Source: Gemmata obscuriglobus (GTDB lineage: Bacteria; Planctomycetota; Planctomycetia; Gemmatales; Gemmataceae). From it: a stretch of 32,000 nt of DNA. Below, piece after piece: positions 17,216-25,700 of the stretch. The notes beneath the pieces are model-generated. The model saw only the letters and a list, made by a program, of their open reading frames with translations. It did no database searches and was not told where the DNA came from. Each line of letters opens with the position of its first letter. Within the stretch, counting starts at the first letter, position 1. Made by a program: the position numbers and the translations under genes. The DNA lies in NCBI RefSeq assembly GCF_008065095.1, contig NZ_CP042911.1:990001-1022000 (forward strand), read 5' to 3'.

Positions 17216-17490
17216 AACCGGGAAGGCGATCGCCTTCCCGGTTCGCGTGTCGGCCGTCGTTTACTTCTGAACCTGTGGTGCGGAGCGCTCACGGCACCGC
17301 CGGCGGCCCCCGCCGGTGGGGCCGTGCAGAACCACGAGCGGCGGGGTTCTTCCAGGCTGCACGGCCCCACCGGCGGGGGCCGCCGATAGCGGTGCTGGAA
17401 CAGCGCTCCCCGCGCGGGGTGTGAAGGCAGAAGCTCGGACGACGCAACATCGTCCTGTCGCAGAGCGACGAGCTAAACCGACGGACCGAC
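17216..17490. ncRNA. structured repeat element, copy B
   Basis: H0 is 17216-17243 (a 28-nt perfect palindrome, AACCGGGAAGGCGATCGCCTTCCCGGTT). TACTTCT lies at 17262-17268 and GCTCACGG at 17287-17294. H2 is 17294-17395, the same 102-nt length as in copy A. H3 is 17437-17455 and H4 is 17457-17469, followed by the GAGCTAAAC tail. Orientation is the same as copy A. Confidence 0.65.
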
Positions 17491-17551
17491 AAGCTTCGTT
17501 CGGAGTTTCTGGTTGTGCGGTGAGCGCACATCTCGCGCAGGGCGGGAGACT

Positions 17552-17749
17552 TTACGCTTTCAGTTCGACCGGGCGGCGCCAGCGGCGGAAGTCACGGATG
17601 CCGGCGTAGATGCCGTAGCTCATCATTCCGAGCACGAACACCGCGACGGCCGCGAAGATGGCGTGCTCGGTCATCCCGTCCGGGTAGTCGCGGCCGTTGA
17701 TCTCGACTTTGAAGAAGGCCTCCGCGTGGTGCGCGAACAGGCTCAGCAT
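17552..17749 (-). CDS. small hypothetical membrane protein (65 aa)
   Basis: The translation MLSLFAHHAEAFFKVEINGRDYPDGMTEHAIFAAVAVFVLGMMSYGIYAGIRDFRRWRRPVELKA has one clear TM helix followed by a basic tail. Nearly every codon ends in G/C, as in the confident genes. It is divergent from the histidine kinase gene. Confidence 0.55.
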   Translation of the reverse strand: MLSLFAHHAEAFFKVEINGRDYPDGMTEHAIFAAVAVFVLGMMSYGIYAGIRDFRRWRRPVELKA

Positions 17750-17940
17750 GGTTCACTCCGTGCGTGGGGTGCGTGGCAACGGGATCAGTTTCGGCGGCCG
17801 GAAGGCCGGTGTCAACGCCGCGGGGGCAATTCGAGCGGCCGGGGCCGAAAAGCTCGCTTCTCATACCGTCCCGGGTGCGCGCCCTTTCAGCCCGCGGGAT
17901 AAAATGGGTGCCGGGCCGTGACAGCCGTTCGAGGGGCGCG

Positions 17941-19404
17941 ATGAACCAGTTCCTGTTCGCCCGGTCCTCGTGGCCGTTCGTGGTGCTCGGCGGGTTGCTC
18001 GCGGCGGCCTGCCTCGCGAGCACTTGGTACATCAACCGGCTCCAGAGCGACCTGGCGCGGGCGGTGCGGCACGACGCGGCGCGGATGGAAGCGGCGGACG
18101 AACTCCAGGTGCAACTGCGGCACCTCCGGTTCCACTCCGTTGTGTGCGCCGCCGACCCGACGGGCGCGCGGCGCGAGGTCGTCCGGCACGACACCGCACA
18201 GGCGGACGCCGCGCTCGCTGCCATCCGCGCCGACATCACCGCGGAGGACGCGGAGCTGCTCGCGGTCATTGAGTCCGACTACGCGACGTACAAGCAGCAG
18301 CTCGGCTCCGGCGGGTCACCGGAGCCGATCACAAACCTGACCGAACTGGTCCGGTGGTCGGACGCGCACCCGATGCGCGGTCTGCTTCAGCCGTGCCGCG
18401 AACTGTCCGACCGGCAGCGCGCCCGAATGGACGCCGGACTGGCCCGGAGCGAGACCGACACCGCGTGGGCCGGGCGGGTGCTGCTGGCGCTCGGCTCCGC
18501 GGGGGCGTTCGGCGGGCTCGTGACCGGGTACGCGACCGCCCGCGGGCAGCGGCGGCGGGCCGCGCAACTGTCGGTCCGGGTGCGTGCGGTTCAGTCACAA
18601 CTCGACCAGGAGGTCGGCGCGCTGTCCGTGGACCCGCCGCCCGCCGACCTGGGCGAACAGTTCGACCGCGTGGTGGAGCGGGTGACGGAGGTGTGCCGGC
18701 GGTTACAGGACCAGGAGCGCGACCTGCTGCGGGCGGAGCAACTGGCCGCGGTGGGGCGGCTCGCGGCCGGCGTCGCTCACGAGGTGCGGAACCCGCTCAC
18801 CGGGATCAAGCTCCTTGTGGAGGGGGCACTGCGGTCCGAGAGCCCGGCGTCACTCACGTCCGAAGACCTGGACCTGATCCGCCAGGAAATCGTGCGCATG
18901 GAGCGCACGGTGCAGGGGCTGCTCGACTTCGCCCGCACCCCGCCGCTGGAGTGCCGACCGCACGACCTCCGCGTGCTGGTGTCCGAGGCGGTGAACCGCG
19001 CCCGCGCCCGGGCGGAGCGCAAGCCCGTGGCCGTGAAGGTCGAACTGGCGGCCGCCCCACTGCCGGTCTCCGCGGACCGCGACCAGATGCTTTCGCTGCT
19101 CACGAATTTGCTATTTAATGCCGTTGACGCGACGCCCACGGGCGGAAACGTTTCGGTGCGCGTCGAAGGCACGCCGGACGGCCCCCCGACCGTAACCGTG
19201 AACGATTCCGGTCCGGGAATCGCTCCGGAGGCGATGGGGAAGCTGTTCACCCCGTTCGCGACCACGAAACCGACCGGGACCGGGCTCGGGCTGACCGTCG
19301 CCCGCCGCATCGCCCGCGACCACGGCGGCACGCTCACCGCCACCAACCGCCCCGAGGGCGGCGCCGCGTTCACACTCACGCTCCCGAGGGGAAGGGGAGG
19401 GTGA
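17941..19404 (+). CDS. sensor histidine kinase (two TM segments, HisKA + HATPase_c)
   Basis: ATG 17941 gives MNQFLFARSSWPFVVLGGLLAAACLASTWYI. A second TM is AWAGRVLLALGSAGAFGGLVTGYA. It carries an H-box (LAAGVAHEVRNPLTGI), N-box (LLTNLLFNAVDA), G1 (NDSGPGI) and G2 (GTGLGLTVAR). Confidence 0.85.
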   Translation: MNQFLFARSSWPFVVLGGLLAAACLASTWYINRLQSDLARAVRHDAARMEAADELQVQLRHLRFHSVVCAADPTGARREVVRHDTAQADAALAAIRADITAEDAELLAVIESDYATYKQQLGSGGSPEPITNLTELVRWSDAHPMRGLLQPCRELSDRQRARMDAGLARSETDTAWAGRVLLALGSAGAFGGLVTGYATARGQRRRAAQLSVRVRAVQSQLDQEVGALSVDPPPADLGEQFDRVVERVTEVCRRLQDQERDLLRAEQLAAVGRLAAGVAHEVRNPLTGIKLLVEGALRSESPASLTSEDLDLIRQEIVRMERTVQGLLDFARTPPLECRPHDLRVLVSEAVNRARARAERKPVAVKVELAAAPLPVSADRDQMLSLLTNLLFNAVDATPTGGNVSVRVEGTPDGPPTVTVNDSGPGIAPEAMGKLFTPFATTKPTGTGLGLTVARRIARDHGGTLTATNRPEGGAAFTLTLPRGRGG

Positions 19405-19463
19405 GAGGCGTATGCGCCCGCGGTTGTACTCCTCACCTCCGCTCCCCACGCGCGCTGAATGCC

Positions 19464-20897
19464 ATGCCAAAGCTCCTGGTCATCGACGACGAGCCGATCA
19501 TCTGCCACTCGTTCCGCCGGGCCTTCTCGGGGCCGGACGTGGAGGTGCTCACCGCCGGGAGTGTTGCGGAGGGGTGGGCGGCCGTCGGACGCGACCGGCC
19601 GGACGTCATCGTTACCGACCTGCAACTCCCCGACGGCACCGGGCTCGATTTGTTCGAGAAGGTGCGCGCCGCCGACCCGCGGCGCCCGGTGGTGGTCATC
19701 ACCGCCTACGGCACGATGGAAACCACCATCGAGGCCATGAAGCGCGGGGCGTTCGATTACCTCACCAAGCCGGTCGACCTAGCGCAGATGAGCGCCGTTT
19801 TGGGGCGGGCGTTCGAGGCCGCGCGGCTGATGCGCGAGCCGGCGGCGCTGCCCACCGACCCGGGCGAGGACCGGATCATCGGGCGCTCGCCGGTGATGCA
19901 GGAGATGTGCAAACTGATCGGCCGCATCGCGCCGCAGGACGCGAGCGTGCTCATTCTGGGCGAGAGCGGCACCGGCAAGGAACTGGTGGCGCGGGCGATC
20001 TACTCGCACTCGAAGCGGGCCGACCGGCCGTTCCTGGCGATCAACTGCGCGGCCATCCCCGACACGCTCGTGGAGAGCGAGCTGTTCGGCCACGAGCAGG
20101 GGGCGTTCACCGGCGCCGAACGGCAGCGGGTCGGGAAGTTCGAGCAGTGCGGCGACGGCACGCTGTTGCTCGACGAGATCGGCGACATGCCGCTGGCGGC
20201 GCAGGCGAAGATGCTGCGCCTGCTCCAGGACCAGACGTTCGAGCGGGTCGGGGGGAGCCAGGCCATCGCGACCCGGGTGCGCGTGCTGGCGGCGACCAAC
20301 CAGCACCCCGAAAAGCTGATCGCCGAGGGGAAGTTCCGGCACGACCTGTACTACCGGCTGAAGGTGGTGACGATCCACGTGCCGGCCCTGCGCGACCGGC
20401 GCGAGGACATCCCGGAACTGGCGCACCACTTCCTGTTCCGCTACGCGCGGGAGGCGAACCGCGACGTCCGCGGGTTCGTGCCGGAGGCGCTCGACCTGCT
20501 CCAGCGGGCCGACTGGCCGGGGAACGTGCGCCAGTTACAGAACTGCGTCCGTGCCGCGGTGTATCAGACCGTCGGGCACGTCCTCGCGCCGGCCGATCTT
20601 CCCGGGTTGGTCGCTCCGGGCGCGACGCCTGCGGGAGTACCAACCGCGGCGGGCGCCGCACCGTTCGACCTCGGTGGCACCATCGAAGCGATGCTCCAGG
20701 ACGGCGCCGGGGACGTTCACGCCCGGGTGACATCGCTGGTCGAGCGCGAGCTGCTGACCCGGGCGCTGCGGCGCACGCACGGGCACCAGGCGCAGGCGAG
20801 CGATCTGCTCGGGATTAACCGCACGACACTTCGCACGAAGCTCCGCGAGTTGGGCATCACGCTCGACAAGGTCGTTGCCGACGCACCCGCGGAATGA
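19464..20897 (+). CDS. sigma-54-dependent response regulator (NtrC family: REC + AAA+ + Fis-type HTH)
   Basis: MPKLLVIDDEPIICHSF...PDVIVTDLQLPDGTG is the receiver domain. The AAA+ domain has GESGTGKE (Walker A), ELFGHEQGAFTGA (the GAFTGA sigma-54 contact loop) and GTLLLDEIGD (Walker B). The C-terminal ASDLLGINRTTLRTKLRELGI is the HTH. Confidence 0.9.
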   Translation: MPKLLVIDDEPIICHSFRRAFSGPDVEVLTAGSVAEGWAAVGRDRPDVIVTDLQLPDGTGLDLFEKVRAADPRRPVVVITAYGTMETTIEAMKRGAFDYLTKPVDLAQMSAVLGRAFEAARLMREPAALPTDPGEDRIIGRSPVMQEMCKLIGRIAPQDASVLILGESGTGKELVARAIYSHSKRADRPFLAINCAAIPDTLVESELFGHEQGAFTGAERQRVGKFEQCGDGTLLLDEIGDMPLAAQAKMLRLLQDQTFERVGGSQAIATRVRVLAATNQHPEKLIAEGKFRHDLYYRLKVVTIHVPALRDRREDIPELAHHFLFRYAREANRDVRGFVPEALDLLQRADWPGNVRQLQNCVRAAVYQTVGHVLAPADLPGLVAPGATPAGVPTAAGAAPFDLGGTIEAMLQDGAGDVHARVTSLVERELLTRALRRTHGHQAQASDLLGINRTTLRTKLRELGITLDKVVADAPAE

Positions 20898-20900
20898 ACG

Positions 20901-20935
20901 CTGCGGAGCGCCGCCGGGACGGTCACGCTCCGCAG
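20901..20935 (+). terminator. hairpin just after the response-regulator stop codon
   Basis: CTGCGGAGCG (20901-20910) is the exact reverse complement of CGCTCCGCAG (20926-20935), with a 15-nt loop. There is no T-tract. Confidence 0.35.
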
Positions 20936-21159
20936 AGAAAACACGCGAGCCGCTTCGCGGGCGGGCTCGCGCCAGGATCGGCGATTCGCAATAGAACTCG
21001 CCGAGCAAAGGCGGTCGGGACGGGCCGCGGTCCCGGGAACGCACGGGTATGTTTCATGCGGCGAAATATTCTCCGCCGCGGTGAAGCTCTCGTCGTCGAT
21101 TCGTTCTCGCTCGCACCTATCGCGCACTAATCTTCAGTGATTTCGACCTTTCGACCTCA

Positions 21160-21175
21160 CGGCACGTCTGTTGCT
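21160..21175 (+). promoter_or_regulatory. sigma-54 (-24/-12) promoter for the RND efflux operon
   Basis: cGGCACGtctgTTGCT matches the consensus TGGCACG-N4-TTGCW at every position except the leading T, with correct GG-N10-GC spacing. It lies 51 nt upstream of the adaptor ATG (21226), directly downstream of a sigma-54 activator gene. A tandem TTCGACCT TTCGACCT sits immediately upstream (21142-21157). Confidence 0.65.
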
Positions 21176-21225
21176 GTGCGCCTCACCCTTTAAATACTCG
21201 CACGTCACCGGAAGCGGATACTGCC

Positions 21226-22614
21226 ATGAGTTCACACCCCTCGTCGTTGTTTCGCCGCTCGCGCCTCGTGCTGCTCGCGCTCGCCGCGGCGGGAGGTGGG
21301 GCCGGCGTCTGGTTCGCCACCCGCGCCAAGCCGCTGTCGGCCGGTGAGGGACCGACCGCGGGCGTCACGAAGCCCGCGGTGAGCGTCGAGGTGATCCACC
21401 CCCGCGCCGGCGGAATCGATCGCGTGTGCGTGCAGCCCGGCACCGTCGAGCCGTTCCAGTCGGCCGATTTGTACTCCAAGGTGTCGGGGTTCCTCGCGGA
21501 ACAAACGGTCAACATCGGCAGCCGGGTCCAGAAGGGCGACGTGCTCGCCCGGATCGCGGTGCCCGAGCAGGAGAAGCAGGTGGAGCGCGACCGCGCCCGG
21601 CTCAACGCCGCCGAGGCGAAGGTGCGGCAGGTGGAAGCGCACGTCCTGGCGGCCGAGTCGGAAGCCAAGTCGGCCGACGCGTCGGTGGCGCTGGCGAAGG
21701 CGATGGTCCGCGCGAAGGGCTCGTACCGGCAGTACCGCGAGAAGCAGCTCACGCGGTACAAGGACCTCGCCAAGCAACAGGCCATCGAGCCGCGCGTGGT
21801 GGACGAGCAAGAAGACTTCTTCCTCTCCGCCCAGGAAGCCGAGAACGAGGCGAAGGAGTCGGTCAACGCCGCGACCGAGCGCGCCGCGACCGCCCGCGCC
21901 AAGATCACGCAGGCCAAGGCCGACCTGGAACAGGCGAAGGCCGAGGTCGGTGTGGCCCAGGCGGAACTGGGGCGCGCCGAGGTGCTCCTCAATTATACCG
22001 CGATCCGGTCGCCGTACACCGGCGTCGTCACCCGGCGCTCGTTCCAGGTCGGCGACTTCATCCGGTCCGCGGACCAGGGGGGGGCGGTCCCGCTCCTGTC
22101 GGTCGAGCGCACCGACCTCATGACGGTCGTCGTGCAAGTGCCCGACCGCGACGTGCCGCTGGTCAACACCGGGGACCCCGCAGTGCTGGTGATCGACGCC
22201 CTCGGCGGGCAAGTGTTCGACACCCGCGGGGTGTCGCGGTGCGCCGAGTCCGAGGACACGGCGACCCGCACCATGCGCACGGAGATCGACGTGCCGAACC
22301 CGGACGGGCGGTTGCGCCGCGGGATGTACGGCCGGGTCACGCTGAAGCTCCAAACCGGGGCCGCGGACGCGGTCCGCGTCCCGACCGCGGCGGTGGTGAG
22401 CCGCTCCGGCACGAACCACGGCGCTGTGCGCGTCGTCCGCGGCGACCACGTCGCCACGCTGCCGGTGACCCTGGGCGCGGACAACGGCGTGGAGATCGAG
22501 GTCGCGGCCGGTCTGTCCGCCGCGGACCAGGTCGTGCTCCGCGCGAGTGGCGCGGTCGAGGACGGCACCGCGGTCGCGGTCGCGGGGGCCGCCGGCCCGG
22601 CCGGCGGGCACTGA
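21226..22614 (+). CDS. efflux RND transporter periplasmic adaptor subunit (MFP/HlyD family)
   Basis: The ORF is 462 aa with TM anchor LVLLALAAAGGGAGVWFA, then a lipoyl-like segment, a long alpha-hairpin (EKQVERDRARLNAAEAKVRQVEA...AKADLEQAKAEVGVAQAELGRAEV), NYTAIRSPYTGVVT and a beta-barrel region. This is the typical adaptor layout. Confidence 0.85.
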   Translation: MSSHPSSLFRRSRLVLLALAAAGGGAGVWFATRAKPLSAGEGPTAGVTKPAVSVEVIHPRAGGIDRVCVQPGTVEPFQSADLYSKVSGFLAEQTVNIGSRVQKGDVLARIAVPEQEKQVERDRARLNAAEAKVRQVEAHVLAAESEAKSADASVALAKAMVRAKGSYRQYREKQLTRYKDLAKQQAIEPRVVDEQEDFFLSAQEAENEAKESVNAATERAATARAKITQAKADLEQAKAEVGVAQAELGRAEVLLNYTAIRSPYTGVVTRRSFQVGDFIRSADQGGAVPLLSVERTDLMTVVVQVPDRDVPLVNTGDPAVLVIDALGGQVFDTRGVSRCAESEDTATRTMRTEIDVPNPDGRLRRGMYGRVTLKLQTGAADAVRVPTAAVVSRSGTNHGAVRVVRGDHVATLPVTLGADNGVEIEVAAGLSAADQVVLRASGAVEDGTAVAVAGAAGPAGGH

Positions 22615-22647
22615 CCGCCCGCCAAGTTCGCGCTCGTTGACGCGCAC

Positions 22648-22669
22648 GCGGCGGGCTCAGGCCCGCCGC
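22648..22669 (+). other. intercistronic hairpin between adaptor and pump genes
   Basis: GCGGCGGGC (22648-22656), TCAG, GCCCGCCGC (22661-22669) form a perfect 9-bp GC stem with a 4-nt loop and no T-tract. It could be an mRNA stability or processing element. Confidence 0.35.
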
Positions 22670-22710
22670 TCGCCTCGCCCCGCTCGCACCAATCGCCCCA
22701 CACGGACCCG

Positions 22711-25700
22711 ATGAACCCACTGATCCGGTTCTCGCTCGGCAACCCGCGCGCGATCACCGTGCTGATGCTCACCATCGCCATCGGCGGCGGGGCGGCGCTC
22801 GGCAGCATCCCGGCCGACATCCTCCCGGTGTACAAGGCCCCCGCGGTGCAGGTGCTCACGTTCTACGGCGGCATGTCGGCCACCAACGTCGAGTCCGGCA
22901 TCACCGCCCGCACCGAGCGGTGGGTCGGGCAGGCGGCCGGCACCCGGCGCCAGGAGTCGCGGTCCATCGTCGGCGCCAGCATCATCCGCAACTACTACTC
23001 CGACGACACCGACCCGAGCGCGGCCCTCACGCAGGTGAACTCGCTCTCGACGGCCGCCATCCCGAACCTGCCGCCCGGCACCCTGCCGCCCGTCGTGCTG
23101 CCCTACGACCCGACCTCGTCCACCCCGGTCGCGATCGTCGCGCTCAACAGCAAGACGCAGGGCGAGTCGGTGCTGTTCGACACGGCCCGGTACCAGGTGC
23201 GGAGCATGATCATGTCCGCGCCGGGCGCGAACGCGCCGGTGGTGTACGGCGGGAAGGTGCGCACCGTGCTGGCGTACCTGGACCGGCAGGCGATCCAGGC
23301 CCGCGGGCTCTCGCCGCTGGACGTGATGGACGCCCTCGACCGCTCGAACGTGTTCCTCTCCACCGGCGGCGCGAAGTTCGGCGGCGTGGACTACGCGCTC
23401 GACTCGAACTCCATGTACGACCTCATCGACCGCATGGGCGACGTGCCCATCCGGGCCGGGCGGGACGGGCAGATGGTGTTCCTGCGCGACGTGGCCCAGC
23501 CGCGCGACAGCAACATCATCCAGACCAACATCGTCCGCGTGGACGGGCGCCGGCAGGTGTACATTCCGGTGTACCGGCAGCAGGGGGCGAGCACCCTCGG
23601 CGTGGTCAACAACCTGCGCGGCGACCTGCCGGAGATGAAGGACCGGCTCACGACGCCCGACGTGGACCTGAAGCTGGTGATGGACCAGTCGGTGTACGTT
23701 CAGAGCGCCATTCACAGCCTCGCCGAAGAGGGCGTGCTCGGGGCCGTCCTGTGCTCGCTCGTCATCCTCCTGTTTCTGGGCGAGTGGCGCATGACCGTCA
23801 TCGCCGTGCTCACGGTGCCGGTGGCGGTGCTGGGGGCGGTGGCGTGCCTGTTCGGGGCGACGCAAACCATCAACGTGATGACGCTCGCCGGCCTCGCGCT
23901 CGCCATCGGGCCGCTGGTGGACAACGCCATTGTGGTGCTGGAGAACACGCACCGGCACCTCGGGCTGGGGGCCAGGCCGAGGGAAGCGGCGTTCTTCGGC
24001 GCCAGCGAGGTGGCGCTGCCGGCGCTCGCGGCCACGCTCTGCACCCTGCTCGTGCTGCTCCCGCTGGCCCTGATCCCGGGCCTCGGGCCGTTCCTGTTCA
24101 AACCGATGTTCCTGGCGGTCGCGTTCGCGATGGTGGTCGCGTACCTGGTGTCCATGACCTTCGTCCCGACCCGCTGCGCGGCGTGGATGCGGCACCACCC
24201 GCACCCCGGCCCGGTCGAAACGCACGAGACCGACTACCAGCACAAGAACGAGCACGAGACGCCGCCCGCCCGCGGTCCATGGGGGCTCCTGTTCGAGAAA
24301 TGGGAATCGTTCCTTGATGGCGTTTTCAAAGGGTACGCCACGCTCCTGACGGCGGTGCTCCAGGCGCGCGTGCTCGTCATCGGCGGCGCGTTCGCACTTT
24401 TGGCCGCAGTCGTGGTCCTGATCGGCCCGCACCTGCGCCAGGAGTTCTTCCCCGAGGTGGACGCGGGGTCGTTCGAGGTGTACGTCCGCGCCGGCTCCGG
24501 CACCCGCATCGAGGTGACCGAGGGCTACGTCGAGGCCGTCGAGAAGTACGTGAAGCAGGTCACCGGCAACGACCTCGAACTGGTCATCAGCGAACTGGGC
24601 CTCACGGCCGACTGGTCCGCGGCGTTCACCCCCAACAGCGGGCCGATGGACGCGGTCGTGAAGGTGCAGCTCAAGCCCGACCGGGTGAAGTCGGCGCAGC
24701 AGTGCGTGGCGGCGCTGCGGGGCGGGTTCGCGACCGACCCGGAGTTCGAGCGGTTGCTGCAAGAAACCTATACGCGCAAGACGGCGGCGCAGGAACTGCC
24801 GGACGGGGTGGCGCCGTTCTCGCGGGTGAACCTGGAGTTCGCGTTCGACTCGGGCGGGCTGATCCGGTCCGCGATGAACGAAGGGAAGTCCACCCCGCTG
24901 AACGTGAAGGTGACCGGCAAGAACCTGGAAAAGAACCGCCGGGTGGCGGAGAAGATCCTGGCCGAGGTGCGCGCCGTGGACGGCGTCGTGGACGCGCGGA
25001 TCGTGCAGCGGCTCAACTACCCCGGGTACGTGATCGAGGTGGACCGCACCAAGGCCGCGTCGCTCGGGCTGAACCAGTCGGAGGTGATGAAGAACGTGGT
25101 CGCCGCGTTCAACTCCAGCGTGCAGTTCAACAAGAAGAACTTCTGGTTCGACCCGGTGAGCCACAACCAGTACTACGTCGGCGTGCAGTACCCCGAGGGC
25201 GACGTGACCTCGCTGGAAACGCTGCTCGACATCCCCATCACCAGCCCGACGCAGAAGAAGTCGGTGAGCCTGCGCACGATCGCGACGATCCGCCCCACCC
25301 GGTCGCCGTCGGAGATCGTTCACACGAACCTACAGCCGACGATCGACCTGACGATGGGCGTCGCGGGCCGCGACCTCGGGCACGTCGCGGAGGACGTAAA
25401 CAAGGTGGTGGCGAAGTTCGGTAAAGAGCGAAAAGCGGGCGGGTGGACCCCGTTCGACCCGGACGAGCAAGAGCCGAAGCCGATGGAGGGCGCGAAGGTA
25501 ACGCTCTCCGGCGAGTACGAGAAGATGCAGACCACGTTCAAGTACCAAGCGATGGGGATGGCCGCCGCGGTGGTGCTGATCTACTTCCTGCTGGTCGCGC
25601 TGTTCCGGTCCTACGTCATCCCGGTGGTGGTGCTGTCCGCCGTGCCGGTCGGGGTGATCGGGGTGGTGCTGGTGCTGTTCGTGACCGGCACCGCCCTGAA

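Noticed and set aside
15967-17490. The idea that the structured elements are integron attC sites, with the ThuA gene as a cassette.
   Set aside because: No integron integrase gene is in the window. I could not find the RYYYAAC / GTTRRRY core pair at the stem base. The conserved blocks are much longer than in attC sites, and the loop is conserved rather than variable. The cassette-like layout is kept only as a low-weight alternative in the findings.
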